A stretch of 64,000 bases of DNA from the human T2T-CHM13v2.0 reference genome, Homo sapiens. Under the pieces are notes generated by a model. That model was not told the DNA's origin, searched no databases, and worked only from the letters and a program-made list of their open reading frames with translations. The position numbers and the translations under genes were made by a program. Each line of letters begins with the position of its first letter. Position 1 is the stretch's first letter. This document shows positions 13,401 through 26,439 of this stretch, one piece after another. The DNA is taken from NCBI RefSeq assembly GCF_009914755.1, contig NC_060936.1; one strand, given 5' to 3'.

Positions 13401-13931
13401 GTAAGTGGGTGAATTAATGAAGGTATTTTCCACTTAATAGAAGAATAAATAGACAAGGTGATTTAGCAGCCATGAAAAAAATAGTCTTCAATTCCTGTCT
13501 GCCTTTGAAGTCTCGCCTGACAAAGAGTAACCCCTCAATATGCCTTATGGAATTTTTATTATTATTCACCAATATTAGCTACTTGTCACTTTACTGGTTT
13601 CAGGCTTTGTGTGCTCATTGAAGATATCATTTTTAGTCTCAGTCCTAATGTGTCATTGGCCAAGTGCTGGTTTAAGCTTCTTCTCTGGGTAATAATAACA
13701 ATAGCTATTATTTATTGAGCTTCTTCTATGTGCCAAGTACTGTAATAAACCTTGTACTTGATCTACTGTAAATACACAACAAACTCACAGTGTTGACATT
13801 ACCAATCCCATTTATAGATGGAAAGAAAAAACCTCAATGAGGTCATCTAATTCTGCCCAGCTTAAAGAGGGAAAGAAACTGGATTCAGCTCTCAGTGAAT
13901 GTGGTTGCAAATTGAGTATGTTTTATTTTAC

Positions 13932-14125
13932 ACTACTGGGTCTGAAAATGTGGCCCCCATGTCAGCAGAATCAGCATCATTTGGGAGCTTGTTAGAAATG
14001 TGAATCCTTGGTTCCCAGCCCAGACACACCAAATCAGAAACTTCGGAAGTGGGGCTGGGCAATCTGTGCCATATAACAAGCCCTCTAGGCATTTCTGATG
14101 CACATTCCGGTTTGACAACCACTGC
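13932..14125. mobile_element. MER5A (hAT-Charlie)
   Basis: cagcatcatttgggagcttgttagaaatg...aaatcagaaac...acaagccctctagg...tttgacaaccactg. Confidence 0.85.
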
Positions 14126-14289
14126 TCTAGTCTAGAAATGTTGCTTCCTTAGGTTTCAAGGATGTGTTTATAATAAATCGTCTACAGCCCTTCACCTGAT
14201 GTTCCTTGTTACCAGAAGCATTGCCTGGAGTTAGGAAGGGAACTTGTGCTGGAGAACGAGTTACATAGTTCCTCCCTCTTTTGTAAATC

Positions 14290-14800
14290 CACCATCATCT
14301 CTTGTCACGACGATGAATTCCTGCAAAGGCATCCTACCTGTCTTCCTGCTACTGGCTCTAGCTCCCCCTCCCCCACATGATTCTTATGTGCACACACACA
14401 TCCATTCATTCTACCCATAAATTTACTAAAGCCAGGACTCTTTCCAAAGAGTGGACCTCAGTATTTCACTCTCCTGCCTAATAACCATCAAAGGCTCCCT
14501 GCTTCTCTCAGGTAAAGTCTAATGACCTATGCATGGCCTCCAGGCTCTGCCCTTCTAGTCTCATCTCACAATTCTGTCACTCACTCACTCTTTTCTGCTC
14601 CAGTCACTGCTTTTGCGTGTCCACCCCAAATTATCCACTTTCCTTCATTTTTTTTTTTGGATAGTCATGCACTTTGTATATCTCCATCAAATTAAAACTT
14701 TTACGAGGGCAGAAACCATATCTGTTTTTCTTAACATCATATCCCCAGTGCCTAGCACCATGTCTGACACAAAGTAAGTGCTCAATAAGCATTTCTGCAA
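14290..14800 (+). mobile_element. L2 fragments
   Basis: gagggcagaaaccatatctgtttt...atatccccagtgcctagcaccatgtctgacacaaagtaagtgctcaataa. Confidence 0.65.
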
Positions 14801-14921
14801 ATAAGACCTGGGAGCCCATTGCTTCTTATCATATTTCTTATTGTAACAACCCTAGTATGGTTCGTTATCTTTTCATGAGTCTATCAGGTCAGATCTTGGG
14901 CTCTAAAAGTCAATAAGCCTT

Positions 14922-15242
14922 GGCAGGGTGCAGTGTTTCATGCCTGTAATCCTAGCACTTTGGGAGGCCAAGGCGGGCAGATTACCTGAGGTCAGGAGTT
15001 CAAGACCAGCCTGGCCAACATGGTGAAACCCCGTCTTTACTAAAAATACAAAAAATTAGCCAGGTACAGTGGCGCGTGCCTGTAATCCCAGCTACTCGGG
15101 AGGTTCAGGCAGGAGAATCACTTGAACCCGGGAGGTGGAGGTTGCGGTGAGGCAAGATCATGCCACTGCACTCCAGCCTGGGTGACATAACGAGATTTCA
15201 TTTCAAAAATAAATAAATAAATAAAAATAAAAATAAAAATAA
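14922..15242 (+). mobile_element. AluSx-like SINE inserted in a MIR
   Basis: Full Alu; imperfect TSD gtcaa(t/c)aagcct; MIR sequence resumes at ~15258. Confidence 0.92.
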
Positions 15243-15599
15243 GAGGTCAACAAGCCTGGAATGGAATCCCAGCTCCTCCACCTACACATTATGTGGCCTT
15301 GGGCCTGTGATTTAATCTGTCTGAACCTCAGTTTCCTTATCTGTAAAATGGAGGTAATACAGTGGGTGGAGAGAGTAAATTAGATAATGCACATAAAGCT
15401 CTTAGCACTTTGGCTGGCATGTTAGGGCTAATGATTTGTTTTTATTAAATCCGGCCTCCCCATCTATATTGCAAGTTCTTCAAATGGTTGGTGGCACACA
15501 CCTTACCTAGCAGATGTTGACAGAATGCAAGTCCACTAGGAATGTCCAAGTGGGGACAGAGCCCAGGACCGTGGCAGCGTAACCTGGTGTTTAAATACT

Positions 15600-15830
15600 G
15601 GGCTTCAGATTCAGACTGAGAATCATCTGGCCCCTTCTCGTCTTGGCTTTGTGAGCTTGGACAAGTTTCTGACCTTCCCTATGCTTCATTTTTCTCATCT
15701 GTAATAGCAGTGGTAACCTAGGGCCTGTGTCATAGCTGTTGTGAGACTCAAATGCGTGGAGAGCACGTAGAACCATGTTCAGCTGGAGCCAGCATGTGGC
15801 AGTCACTGAACACCTGTTAGCTGTCATCAC
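15600..15830 (+). mobile_element. MIR
   Basis: gagcttggacaagtttctgaccttccctatgcttcatttttctcatctgtaa. Confidence 0.6.
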
Positions 15831-16714
15831 TGTCATAGCCATCATCATCACTATTGTGACCCAGCCTGGGAGCTGCAGGACAAAAAGGGAGCCAAGGCAG
15901 TCTTCGTGCAGACTGCTTCTGCCACCAGCCTAATTTCTTTCTCCTCTCTCTCTTTCTAACTTGGTCCCTTCAGCAAGCAAAGAGAAGAGCTGGGCAGCTG
16001 CAGTGAGGGTGGGGGCGCCTCATCCAAACTCCACTTTCTTCTCCTTCTGTGCATATGTGAAATCACCTTGAAGAGCCGCTGTTTCCATGGCTTGGGGAGT
16101 TTTAGATATTTATCTCCCATGCCGCAGACCCCTGGGCACGGGAATCCACACTGGCATGCCACAGAGCTTCTATTGCTCCTGCTCAGGACTCATTCTTTCC
16201 AACAACCTCCATCTCGGTGTCAGAAACAGGTGATGGATTTCCAAAGCCAAGAGATAAAAGCACACTTGTTCCCACTAATTGATCTTAAAAGGAAGGTGAG
16301 GCTTAGAAACAGAGAGGCGGGGGATGGCAAGGAGAAAGAAACAAGAAGGTCTAGAGTCTGGGAGGAATCCCTACATGAGGCGTCGGGAGGGGAGGGCGAC
16401 GAGTGATGATTTGGGGTTTATCTCATTCTTATTTTAAACCCATTCCCCAAAGATACTGCTCTGGGGTGTCCTTTTTCCTGCCTGTGTAGCTCCAGGGAAC
16501 AGGGAATTTGGGATTCTGCACTAAGCCCACAGATCTAATTCAAGGTGGCTGAGGGAGAGAATCAAGAAAAAAGCCATCAGGCTTAGGGAGATATCCTTGA
16601 AGGAAGTTCAAGGTAAGGCAAAAATAGAAACGGGAGAGCCCTAAATAGTAAAGTCAACAATTAAGGGAATGGAAAGCAAACAGTGGAACAAAGTGAGTGG
16701 TTTAGCATGTTACC

Positions 16715-16920
16715 GGGGGTTCCTGCCCCTGGCTGGGCGTGAGAACTGCCGGGAGACCTTTTTATAAATACAGATGCTGGAGTCCACCCCTCCTTCACGA
16801 TGACCAATTAGATCAGAATCCCCAAGGGTGGGGCCAAGGAATTCATATTTATGGGAAGTGCCTTCCGTGATTCTGAAGTAGCTCGACCAGCATGGGGTGT
16901 GGACACACATTGGGAGGCCG
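16715..16920. mobile_element. MER5-family DNA transposon
   Basis: aaatacagatgctgg...atcagaatcccaagggtggggccaaggaattcatattt...gtgattctga. Confidence 0.6.
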
Positions 16921-17389
16921 TGGATTTAGATGATTAAAATATAATCCTAGCAGCTGGTGGCCACAGCATCAGCTGCATGGCACTCTCTAAATCTGACTGG
17001 AGCTGAGCCAACATTTTAGAACCTGGGAACAAAGACCCCTGTGTACAAAAGGAGAAAATGGGTGGCTGGGTGCATCCTCCCTACAAGCCACTAGAGGATG
17101 TGGGTGCTGACCTGTGTGAGAAATTCCTGGAGCACCCTCAGCCAATGAGATGTAAATCCGTGCTCTTGCTTCTTGGCTGAAAGTAAGAGAAAAGAATGAA
17201 TGTTTCCATTTTCTGGGCCAGTTTCATGGAGGCCACCTTATTTCTTAGATGGTGCCTGGAATCAGAAAACCACCATCAGGTTACCCACTATCACTTAAGC
17301 TATGGCTCATGGCAAGCGTAGACCCAGGCACGGCTAGCTCTGTGCATTTCCAACACTTTGGAGGATAACAGAAGAAACTAGCCTTTAAA

Positions 17390-17685
17390 CCAGGGAATCT
17401 CAAAATTAAATACCTACCAGGGTCATATAGATACCATAAATGGGTAGAGTGAGCCAGGTGGAGACTAACGTGAGTTGTGAATTGCGGGGAGGTGTTAGGG
17501 GCCGGGGGCACTGCTAACCAGATCCAGCTGATGATTGCCTTGGGAGAGGAATGCAGGTCCCTTGCTTCCAATCTTGATCCTTCTTAAAATTTGTGCATGA
17601 AGTACCTGATTTTGAAATGTTGGCAATGAATTTGAGTTTATGAAAAGCACTCTACAGTATAAGCAAATGTGTTTGCAGCCACCTT
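17390..17685 (+). mobile_element. MER102-like hAT DNA transposon
   Basis: aaatacctaccaggg...atccagctgatgattgcc...gattttgaaatgttggcaa matches my recollection of the MER102b consensus. Confidence 0.5.
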
Positions 17686-18994
17686 CCTTCCAGAAGCTTC
17701 TTCACACAGGTGAGAAAAAAAAAAAAAACTAGCCACTTTTTACCTGTCCACTAAATGAACAGGCCTTTCAAGCATACGTTCATTCAATGTCTATTTATTG
17801 GGCCAAGCACTGTTCTAAGCATGAGGGATTCAGTTGTGAACAGGACAGACCACAGATCACAGCCCTCTAAGTTACAGATCCCCGGATTTTAGAGTAGGGG
17901 CATCTTAGAGTTCACCCATGTCTGCAATTTCCAAACTATATTCTGTGGAGCTATTTCAGCTTTTGCCTTGAGGAGCAAAGAGAAGGTTGAGTGCCCAGAT
18001 CTCCAAATTACCACCCCCTGCCGCACACAGAAGAGCTCTATTTTTATCTGTCTAATATGGGGAGGTTTTAGGCGACCACCAAGTCTATAAATAGGAAAAC
18101 TAAGGCCAAGAAGGTGGCACGATATGTCCTAGGTCACATACAATTGGTTGGTCACCAAACCAGCATGAGAAACCATTTTCCTGGCTTCATAAAAGATAGA
18201 ATGGACTAAGAAACTGCTGCTTTCATATCTATTCAGTTCATCCCGTTTTATGGTCCAAAGTCCACTGTTCCACTATTCCCCTGGAGTCTGACTGGGCCAT
18301 GCTTCCCTGACACCTGGAATGAAAACCAGATGACAGCAGACTTCATGGTGAGGGTCCTAGGACTTGTCCTCACTGGCCTGATTTCAGAAATGCCAGATCT
18401 GCCCCGTCTTTACTCCACTGCCTCTGAGGCTCAGAGATTAAACACAGCGGGGAGGTACCAGGACTGGCTATGAGCTGATGAAGCTGGATGCTTGGGTATG
18501 ACCTCTCCCACGGGGGCTTAGGTGTGTCCTCCCTAGGACTCAGGTTTTCCGTGGCAGGCCATATTACACTGTGATATGATCAATCACTTACATGTTTGTC
18601 CTCCCACAAGCCTGGTAGCTTCTTTAGCTCAAAGTCTGGGGTATGTTTCAATCATATGATTCCAAACGTAGCCCTAGTGCCCATCACAACCAAACATTGA
18701 ATGCCTGAGAGATAAATAAATGAATATAAATGAATCTTAGTATGAGAACAATAAAAAACGGGAGGCAGGATACAGCAGTGGTTGGGAGCACAGATTTTCG
18801 TGTAAGACACAGATGTGTGTTGGAATCTTAGCTTTGGCCTTTCCTAGCTGTGCGATCTTGGGCAAGTTGCTTACCCTCTCTGAGCCCCAATAATGCGGTT
18901 GTGAGAATTAAATCTGTCTATGCCTGTAACAACTCAGCACATACGAAGCACACAGTAAACAGCTGCCATCATTGTAATTTGTTTGCTTTCTAAT

Positions 18995-19275
18995 TTTTTT
19001 GCAACATTTTAGGGGTAATTTACATACGATAAAATAAGTATACAATACCAATACCATGAGTTTGCACAAATGCAAGCCCCTGGAACTCACCCTCCATTAA
19101 GACACAAGACACTTTGTCACCTGAAAGAATTCCTTCAGGCCTCTCCTTAATCAGTCCCCAGTCCCCAGAACTAATGACTGTTTCCTGTTTTAGAACTTCA
19201 CAAAAATGGAATCCCACCTCTTGTGTGGCTTCTTTTGCACAGCATGGCAGCTGTGAGATTCATCATGCCGCACGC
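18995..19275 (-). mobile_element. Old L1M (L1MC/ME) 3' fragment
   Basis: ggggtaatttacatacgataaaat...tcacctgaaagaattcc...gtggcttcttttgcacagcat...gagattcatcatg. Confidence 0.55.
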
Positions 19276-20805
19276 CGTTGTCACTGTTGTTACTTTTCAA
19301 CAAAGGTCTTGGCACACATCTGGTCCATCAGACTTTGAAATCTCTGAGGGTGGGCTGCATGTGTTTAGGACATTGCCTTCCTGGAACCTAGTCAGTGTCT
19401 GGCACACAGTCCATGCCCATGAATTATTTGATAAGTGAATGGCTGAGTCTTAGGTGAGAAATACGAGCTCATGTTTCAGAGTAAAGCTCTGCAGCATTTG
19501 ATCATTGCCTCTGCCACTTACCAAATGGGACGCTGTCAGCTTCTCCAAGGCTCAGTTTCTTCATCTGTGTAATAGGTACTAATAATAGTACTACCTTCCT
19601 CATAGTGCTGTCATGAGGACAAAAGGAGATAATGCCTTTGCAGATACAATAGTAAGAATTCAGTGAAAGATGACTGTGAATATTGGGTATTGCTGTTCTG
19701 TCTGGCCATCCTATTTTAATAAATGAGATTCCTTTCCCCCTACTTATTCACTCCAAACTCAAGTAGAAGCCAGACTTATAAGGGGAAGGGGGTGTGGCAG
19801 CTGTCATAGAACCTCGGAGGTAGCTGACCTAAAAATAGCCCCTTCCTCTCTCCTTCCTTCCCTACCTTCTCCCCAGGCAGCCATTTGCCCAGGCACTATT
19901 AGTCCTGATCTCTCATTTGAGGGAAGGATGAAGAAAGGGAGCAGGGAGGGAAGATCTATTTTTTTCCCCAGGCTGTTGGGGAAGGGAGGGTGAAGCTGCT
20001 CTCTCTGAGTTGATTGATGTTGCGCTTGGGGATCTAAATTCTCTGATGTAATTACACTGTGTGCTCCGTGAGATAAGGAGATTAATCAGTCCATTACGCA
20101 GGGGCTGTTTTACCCGCAGATTGAACAGAGACGTCGGACACCACCAGGTCCTAGCCAGCCAGCCAGTCTGCTCCAGTTATAGGCAGGTGGCTGGCCTCTG
20201 GGCAGATAGGCTATCTTCTCCAAATAGGAACAACTTCTGTTGCTACCACTACTAACTAGCTTGTTTTTGAGCCTCCCTGAGATTCCAGGCACTTCACATG
20301 CATGAATTCTCACAATTGCCCTGTGAGTTGGCCATGATTCCTACCCCCATTGTACAGAAGGAATAACTGGGTCTCAATACTTTAAGATGTCTGTCCAAAG
20401 GTCACACAGTCTGTCAAAGCTCAGATCTGAATTTAGATCAGGTGAATTCAAAAGTGCTCACAATCATCATTGCCTCCAAAAGAGAACAGAGAAATGAGAT
20501 AGGACGAACAGCTAACAGCCAAGTTGTCCACTACTGGGTGATCTGAGTGAGCAGGCAAGACAAGAGGCATGTGTAACACATGAAAAGGAAAAAAAAAAAA
20601 TGTGACGCTGTAAGGAAATAATTGAGTCTGGGAACTAGATTGCCAAATGAATTGCCTGGTCTGGGGGAAAGCAGGGAAGTTCAGGGATGTATATGAGGCA
20701 AGTGGTTAAGAATATTTGGTTTGATCCTGGCACTACTCCTTACTTGCTGTGTGACCTTGAACAAGTGACATAACTTCTTGGAGTCTCTATTTCTCTCTCT
20801 CTCTC

Positions 20806-21122
<317 letters not shown>

Positions 21123-21130
21123 TCTCTCTC

Positions 21131-21429
21131 TTTTTTGAGACAAAGTCTCACTCTGTTGCTCAGGCTGGAGTATAGTGACACCATCATAGCTTACTGCAGG
21201 CTTGAACTCCTGGACTCAAGCAACCCTCCTACCTCAGCCTCCAGAGTAGCTGAGACCACAGTCATACCCTCTGTGCCCTGCTAGTTTTTTAAATTTTTAA
21301 TAGATAAATAGACATAGGTCTCGCTATGTTGCCCAGGCTGGTTTCTAACTCTTGGGCTCAAGAAACTCTACTGCCTTCCTTGGCCTCCCAAAGTGCTGGG
21401 ATTATAGGCAAGAGTCACTGCACCCAGCC
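21131..21429 (-). mobile_element. AluJ inserted in a MIR
   Basis: J diagnostics (atcatagcttactgcagg...gaactcctggactcaagc). TSD gag(t/c)ctcta(t/c)ttctc at 20781-20795 and 21431-21445 brackets both Alus; MIR halves on each side. Confidence 0.9.
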
Positions 21430-22845
21430 AGAGCCTCTACTTCTCATCTGAAAACTGCATTATAATACCTACCTGAAAGGGTTTCCATTGACTTAAATAA
21501 GATAATATATGTAAAGTGTTTTTAAAAGAGCCTGGCACAGAGTTTGAGCTCATTATTAATAATGCTGTTGCCAATGGTGGTGGTGGTGATGGCAAGGGAT
21601 GGCAGTTTCAGATATTATGAAAATCTCCTGCTTAGGCTTAATACTCTTTCTTATCTTCCCTTCCTCTGAATGCTTGCCAATGGACTTAGGAAAGGGAAAC
21701 GGTGAAAAAAAAATCACATTTACTGGGTATTTCTGATGTTCCTGTCCCCATGCAGGCCCCTTTACCCACATTATCTCATTCAATGCTTACCATAAATAGC
21801 TCCAAATAATAGATGTTCTTTTCAGTGTACGGACAGAGCAACTGAGACTCTGAGAGGTTAAACGGGGCAGAAGCACCATCTTTGTGAGCCAACAAGGGTC
21901 ACGGTGTTTAGTATAAAAGATTATTGCCCAACTTAATAAATGTTTATTAAGTGCCTATAAGCCTTGTGGTAAGGCTACAGATGCAAAGACAAGTATATGA
22001 CCTGTACCCAGTGGGCTTCCAGTCAGGTGGGCTTGAAAATCACATATACATATGAAGAGGAAAAGAGTAGGTATCACCTCTGGCTCTATATTAGAATAAA
22101 TTGCTGGGAGAAAGGAGATGCTTTTAAAAAGTACCAGCACCTTATTCCTTGCCCTAGAGATTCTGTTTTGTTAATCTGAGATGACATCGATCAAAGACAG
22201 CCTACACAATGACATTTTTTAAACCACCACACCCCTGACCCTGTGATTGTTATAGAAGCCACTTGTCTAGGGGCTTAGGAGATTATTTAAAAGCCCTATG
22301 CAACCCTAAAAATAAGCCAATGAATTCACCCCATCACATACATATGACACACTAACTACAAGGCAAGTTGCAGTCCTTGCCCTCATGATATATTAGACAT
22401 TTTCTTGTGCCTCACCTTTCTTGGTGAGAAAAATGAATTCCTGTGAGATGGAAGAGAAAATCTATGAGGCCAAAGAATGTGGAAGACACTCACAGAAGGT
22501 GGGATTGAGGACTCCAAGGGAACGGGGATTTGAGTGAGCCCTGATGGATAAGCAGTGATAGAGGCCAGTGTCCCTTCTGTAAGGTCTGATGGATCAGGTG
22601 AAAGTCAAAAACCAGTGGTCACCATCCCTAAGCTCCAATTGAAATAAATGTTAATTGGTTCAAAACTTTGAATGAGGTTCATCATTTTGGATCTTTCTTA
22701 TTCATTCACAAAACATCTAACAAATATTCTGACACAATGTGCCAGATATTGTTTCTTCTTATTTAAAAAAATGAGCAAAGTAAAAAAAATTAATAATTTT
22801 CTGATATTAATAACTACTTATTGCATCAGCATGGGATCTGGACTG

Positions 22846-23671
22846 GATGATGATGATGACGATTATGATGGTAATGATGGTGAGGATGATGATGATGATA
22901 ATGATGGTGATGATGACAGTAATGATGATGATGGTGATGATGGTGATGATGATGGTGCTGATGGTGATGATGATGGTGGTGATGGTGATGATGATGGTGG
23001 TAATGATGGTGATAATGGTAGCAATGATGGTGATGATGATGGTGATGATAATGGTGATGATGGTGATGATGATGATGATGATGATGATGGTGGTGATGGT
23101 GATGATGATAGTGGTAATGATGATGATGATGGTAGCGATGATGGTGATGATGATGGTGATGATGGTGATGATGAAGATGGTGATGATGGTGATGTTGATG
23201 ATGGTGGTGATGGTGATGATGATGGTGGTAATGATGATGGTGATGATGGTAGCGATGATGGTGATGATGATGGTGATGATAACGGTGATGATGGTGATGG
23301 TGATGATGATGATGATGTTGATGATGGTGGTGGTGATGATGATGGTAGTAGTGATGATGATGGTAGCGATGATGGTGATGATGGTGATGATGATGATGAT
23401 GGTGGTGATGGTGATTATGGTGGTAATGATGATGGTGGTGATGGTGATGGTGATGATGGTGCTGATGATGGTGGTGATGGTGGCGATGATGATGATGGTG
23501 GTGATGGTGATGATGATAGTGATGATGGTGATGGTAGTAATGGTAATGATAATAATAATGATGGTGACGATAACAATGGTGATGAGGATAGTGACAATGA
23601 ATGATGATGATGACAATGGGAATGATGATGATGATGACAATGATGATGATAATGACAGTGATGACAATGAC
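22846..23671 (+). repeat. Compound (GAT)/(GGT) trinucleotide tandem repeat, ~825 bp
   Basis: Continuous GAT/GGT/AAT/GAC triplets, giving long stop-free ORFs in several frames. Confidence 0.97.
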
Positions 23672-23870
23672 AGCTGCCATTTATTGAGGGTTTACTATAT
23701 ACCAGCCACTGTGCTTAGCATTTTGCATGGATTAACTCATTTAATTCTCACAATCACCCTTTGAAGTGGACAGTATTGTTATACCCACTTTACAGATGGA
23801 AAAAAAAATGGCTTTGAGAGGGTTATTTGCCTAAACTTGTAAGCTAATAGGTGATGGGGATCAGAATTCC
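23670..23870 (-). mobile_element. MIR whose 3' tail abuts the GAT repeat
   Basis: cagctgccatttattgagg...aactcatttaattctcacaa...cccactttacagatgg. Confidence 0.8.
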
Positions 23871-24654
23871 AGGAGATGGAAGCGTGGTATCAGGAGAACC
23901 CTGCATTCAGACACAGGATGCCTGGGCTCCTCCCTGCCATTCACATGGCTTTGTCTCTTCAGGCAAGTTACTCTCCTCTCTCTGCTTCAGTTCCTCATCT
24001 GCGAATTAAGTCTTTGAACTTCTCATATATTAAAATGATATCAAAGTTGTAAAGTAAGAAATGTAATAAAAGCGTTTGAGGAGAAAGAAGTAAGGGCTGG
24101 TCACACTGAATAGAAAATTTATTTTGGGAAGTTGTCGAGATCTGAAATTCAACCACCCCAAGGAAGTGCAAGAGTACAGCTGGCGCTTTGCTGATTCAGA
24201 GGAACCGCTCTCAGGGAGGTGGAAGCCAAACACACAGAATCTCTGTAATCAGAGAAAATGTCTCCATGATTTGCCATTATAATTCTCGATAGCAAACTCT
24301 GGGGCTCCAGCATCAATACTAATAACTTGTAGGAGGTGGGGGTTAGGAAAGAATTAAGAATTTTTAAAAACTGCTTTTTGGTAAAGCACTGGGAAATGTT
24401 CTGGGCTCCTAAATTTAAAGGGGGTATTTTTAGCACCTGTAATCAAACTGACTTGCGTAAACACATCTGCTGGAGTACTGGCATCAAAATGCCTTTGGAG
24501 TCTTTGTTGTATATCTCTTGCAGTTCTCCTGAGACCGAGGGAGAGTTTCACTGATTTTCTCCCTTCAGTATGCTTTTCCAAATCAGTTGAGTGATAAAGT
24601 CAAATGGGATATTTATTTTATGTTGAAAGCTACTGGGTCCCTACCTACAGAATG

Positions 24655-24835
24655 GCAATAAAATTCTCAAACTTTAGAAAGTGTAAGAATCACCTGGGAA
24701 CGTTGTATAAATGAAGATTCCTGTGCCTTGCCTTCAAATCCTGGGGTCTGATGTGGGCCCAGAAGTTTTCATTTCACACAACTGTCCTAGGTGATTTTGA
24801 TATAAGTGATCCATGGGCCACACTGAGAAATACTA
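24655..24835. mobile_element. MER5B-like DNA transposon
   Basis: ttctcaaacttt...agaatcacctggga...gggccacactgagaaatact. Confidence 0.7.
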
Positions 24836-24839
24836 GACT

Positions 24840-25060
24840 TGGAATTAACACACTTACGATTCTGGCTCTATCATGTACCAGCTGTTGACCTTGGGCAAGT
24901 TTATTTTATCTTTTTGAACATCAATCATCTCATCTGTAAGGTGGGAAATTAATGGTACCTACCTCATAACTTCACTGAGAGGATTAAATTTGTCATATTA
25001 GCTTAGCACAGTGCTGGGCATGTAATAAATGACCCCAAAATGTCAACTATTATCATTATT
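24840..25060 (+). mobile_element. MIR
   Basis: gaccttgggcaagtt...catctgtaag...gtacctacctcata...gaggattaaat. Confidence 0.75.
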
Positions 25061-26109
25061 ATTAATGATAACTAGCTGGGCAAGTTATTTTCCTTTCTGA
25101 CTTCTGGTTCCGCATCTGCAACATGGTAGCAATTATAATAATATCTTAAAATCAACTTTAATTCAAGGGTTATGTATTAAGTGAGAAAATGTCTACAAAG
25201 CTCTTAGTACCCTATCTGGCACACAGTAGCTATCCCATAAATATTTGTTCAATGAATGAACAAATGAAGGAATGAATTTAATGAGTGGTCCAACAATTAC
25301 CTTCCATAAACTACAGACAATAAGAGTGATTTTAGGGGAACTTTCTCTCTCCCCAACACTATAAAGTGGACCTTTTCCAGATGCCCCACATATAGGGTTC
25401 TTGATCTCTCAATCTTCACTTCATGGAGTCACTTTGCCTCTCACTAGCTCAAATCCTAGCCTCAACTATGCTCAAATGCATCTAGGCATATCCAGCTGAG
25501 GTCTTATTCACTGGGTCTGCCTGTGGGTGGTTCTGAAGACCCTCCTCTACCCAAAGACAACATAAGCAGCTTGAGGAGTGGCAGGTGGGATGTACGTTAT
25601 TCACGTGTCTACTGGATATCATTTTCATGACTTTGGGAAAACTATAGCATATAGCCTCAGCTCCCTCCTCTATAAAAGGAATCATTGAGGGACTCTATTC
25701 AACCCTTATGTCCTGGTATTATAAGCATCCATTTGCCCACTAGTTGTGTACTGAGCTATAACTTATCATGGGGCAGAGATACCACCTTAGTCAGCTTCCT
25801 GAAGCTCAGGTGCCCAGTTTGATGCTGGGCAATTACAGGTGCACAATTAATGGGGGCAGGATGTCTGAATGACTGGACAACTGAATCAATGGTGTTCATT
25901 TCTAAGAGCCCTAGTCACTGCTGCACATATCCTTAAAGGGCCAGAATAAGGAGACAGTGAGCCTAATCACACTCATTCATAGTCAAAAAGGCAAGAAAGC
26001 ATCCTGAGAGAAAGATGGTGTTGCTGATGCCTCATCTTGCAAGGGGGAGGCTATACATCATCCAGTATCACTGGCAAATCTACAGTCATTCATTCCACAA
26101 AGGCTTTAA

Positions 26110-26419
26110 GCTGGGCATGATGGCTGATGCCTGTAATCCCAGCACTTTGGGAGGCCAAGGCAGGAGGATTGCCTGAGCCCAGAAGTTTGAGGCAAGCCTG
26201 GGCAATGTAGTGTGACCCCGTCTCTACAAAAAAAAATTTTAAATTCAAAATTTAGCCAAGTGTAGTGGCATGTGCCTGTAGTCCCAGCTACTCTGGAGGC
26301 TGAGGCAGGAGGATCACTCAAGCCCAGGAATTTAAGGCTACATTAAGTTATGACCACACCACTGCACTCCAGCCAGGGCAACAGAGCAAGACTTGTATCA
26401 AAAAAATAAAAAATAAAAA
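26110..26419 (+). mobile_element. AluJ
   Basis: ggaggattgcctgagcccag and ggatcactcaagcccagg J-type diagnostics; A-rich tail. Confidence 0.9.
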
Positions 26420-26439
26420 GGTGAAAACCTTAAAGCACA

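Noticed and set aside
16000-16022. CTCF-like GGGGGCGC
   Set aside because: The 5' half of the core (CCASYAG) does not match.
22672-23604. 310-aa Asp/Gly-rich ORF resembling acidic matrix proteins such as DSPP
   Set aside because: Openness follows from GAT/GGT triplets (several frames are open). No promoter or splice context; it lies in an SRRM4 intron at a MIR tail.
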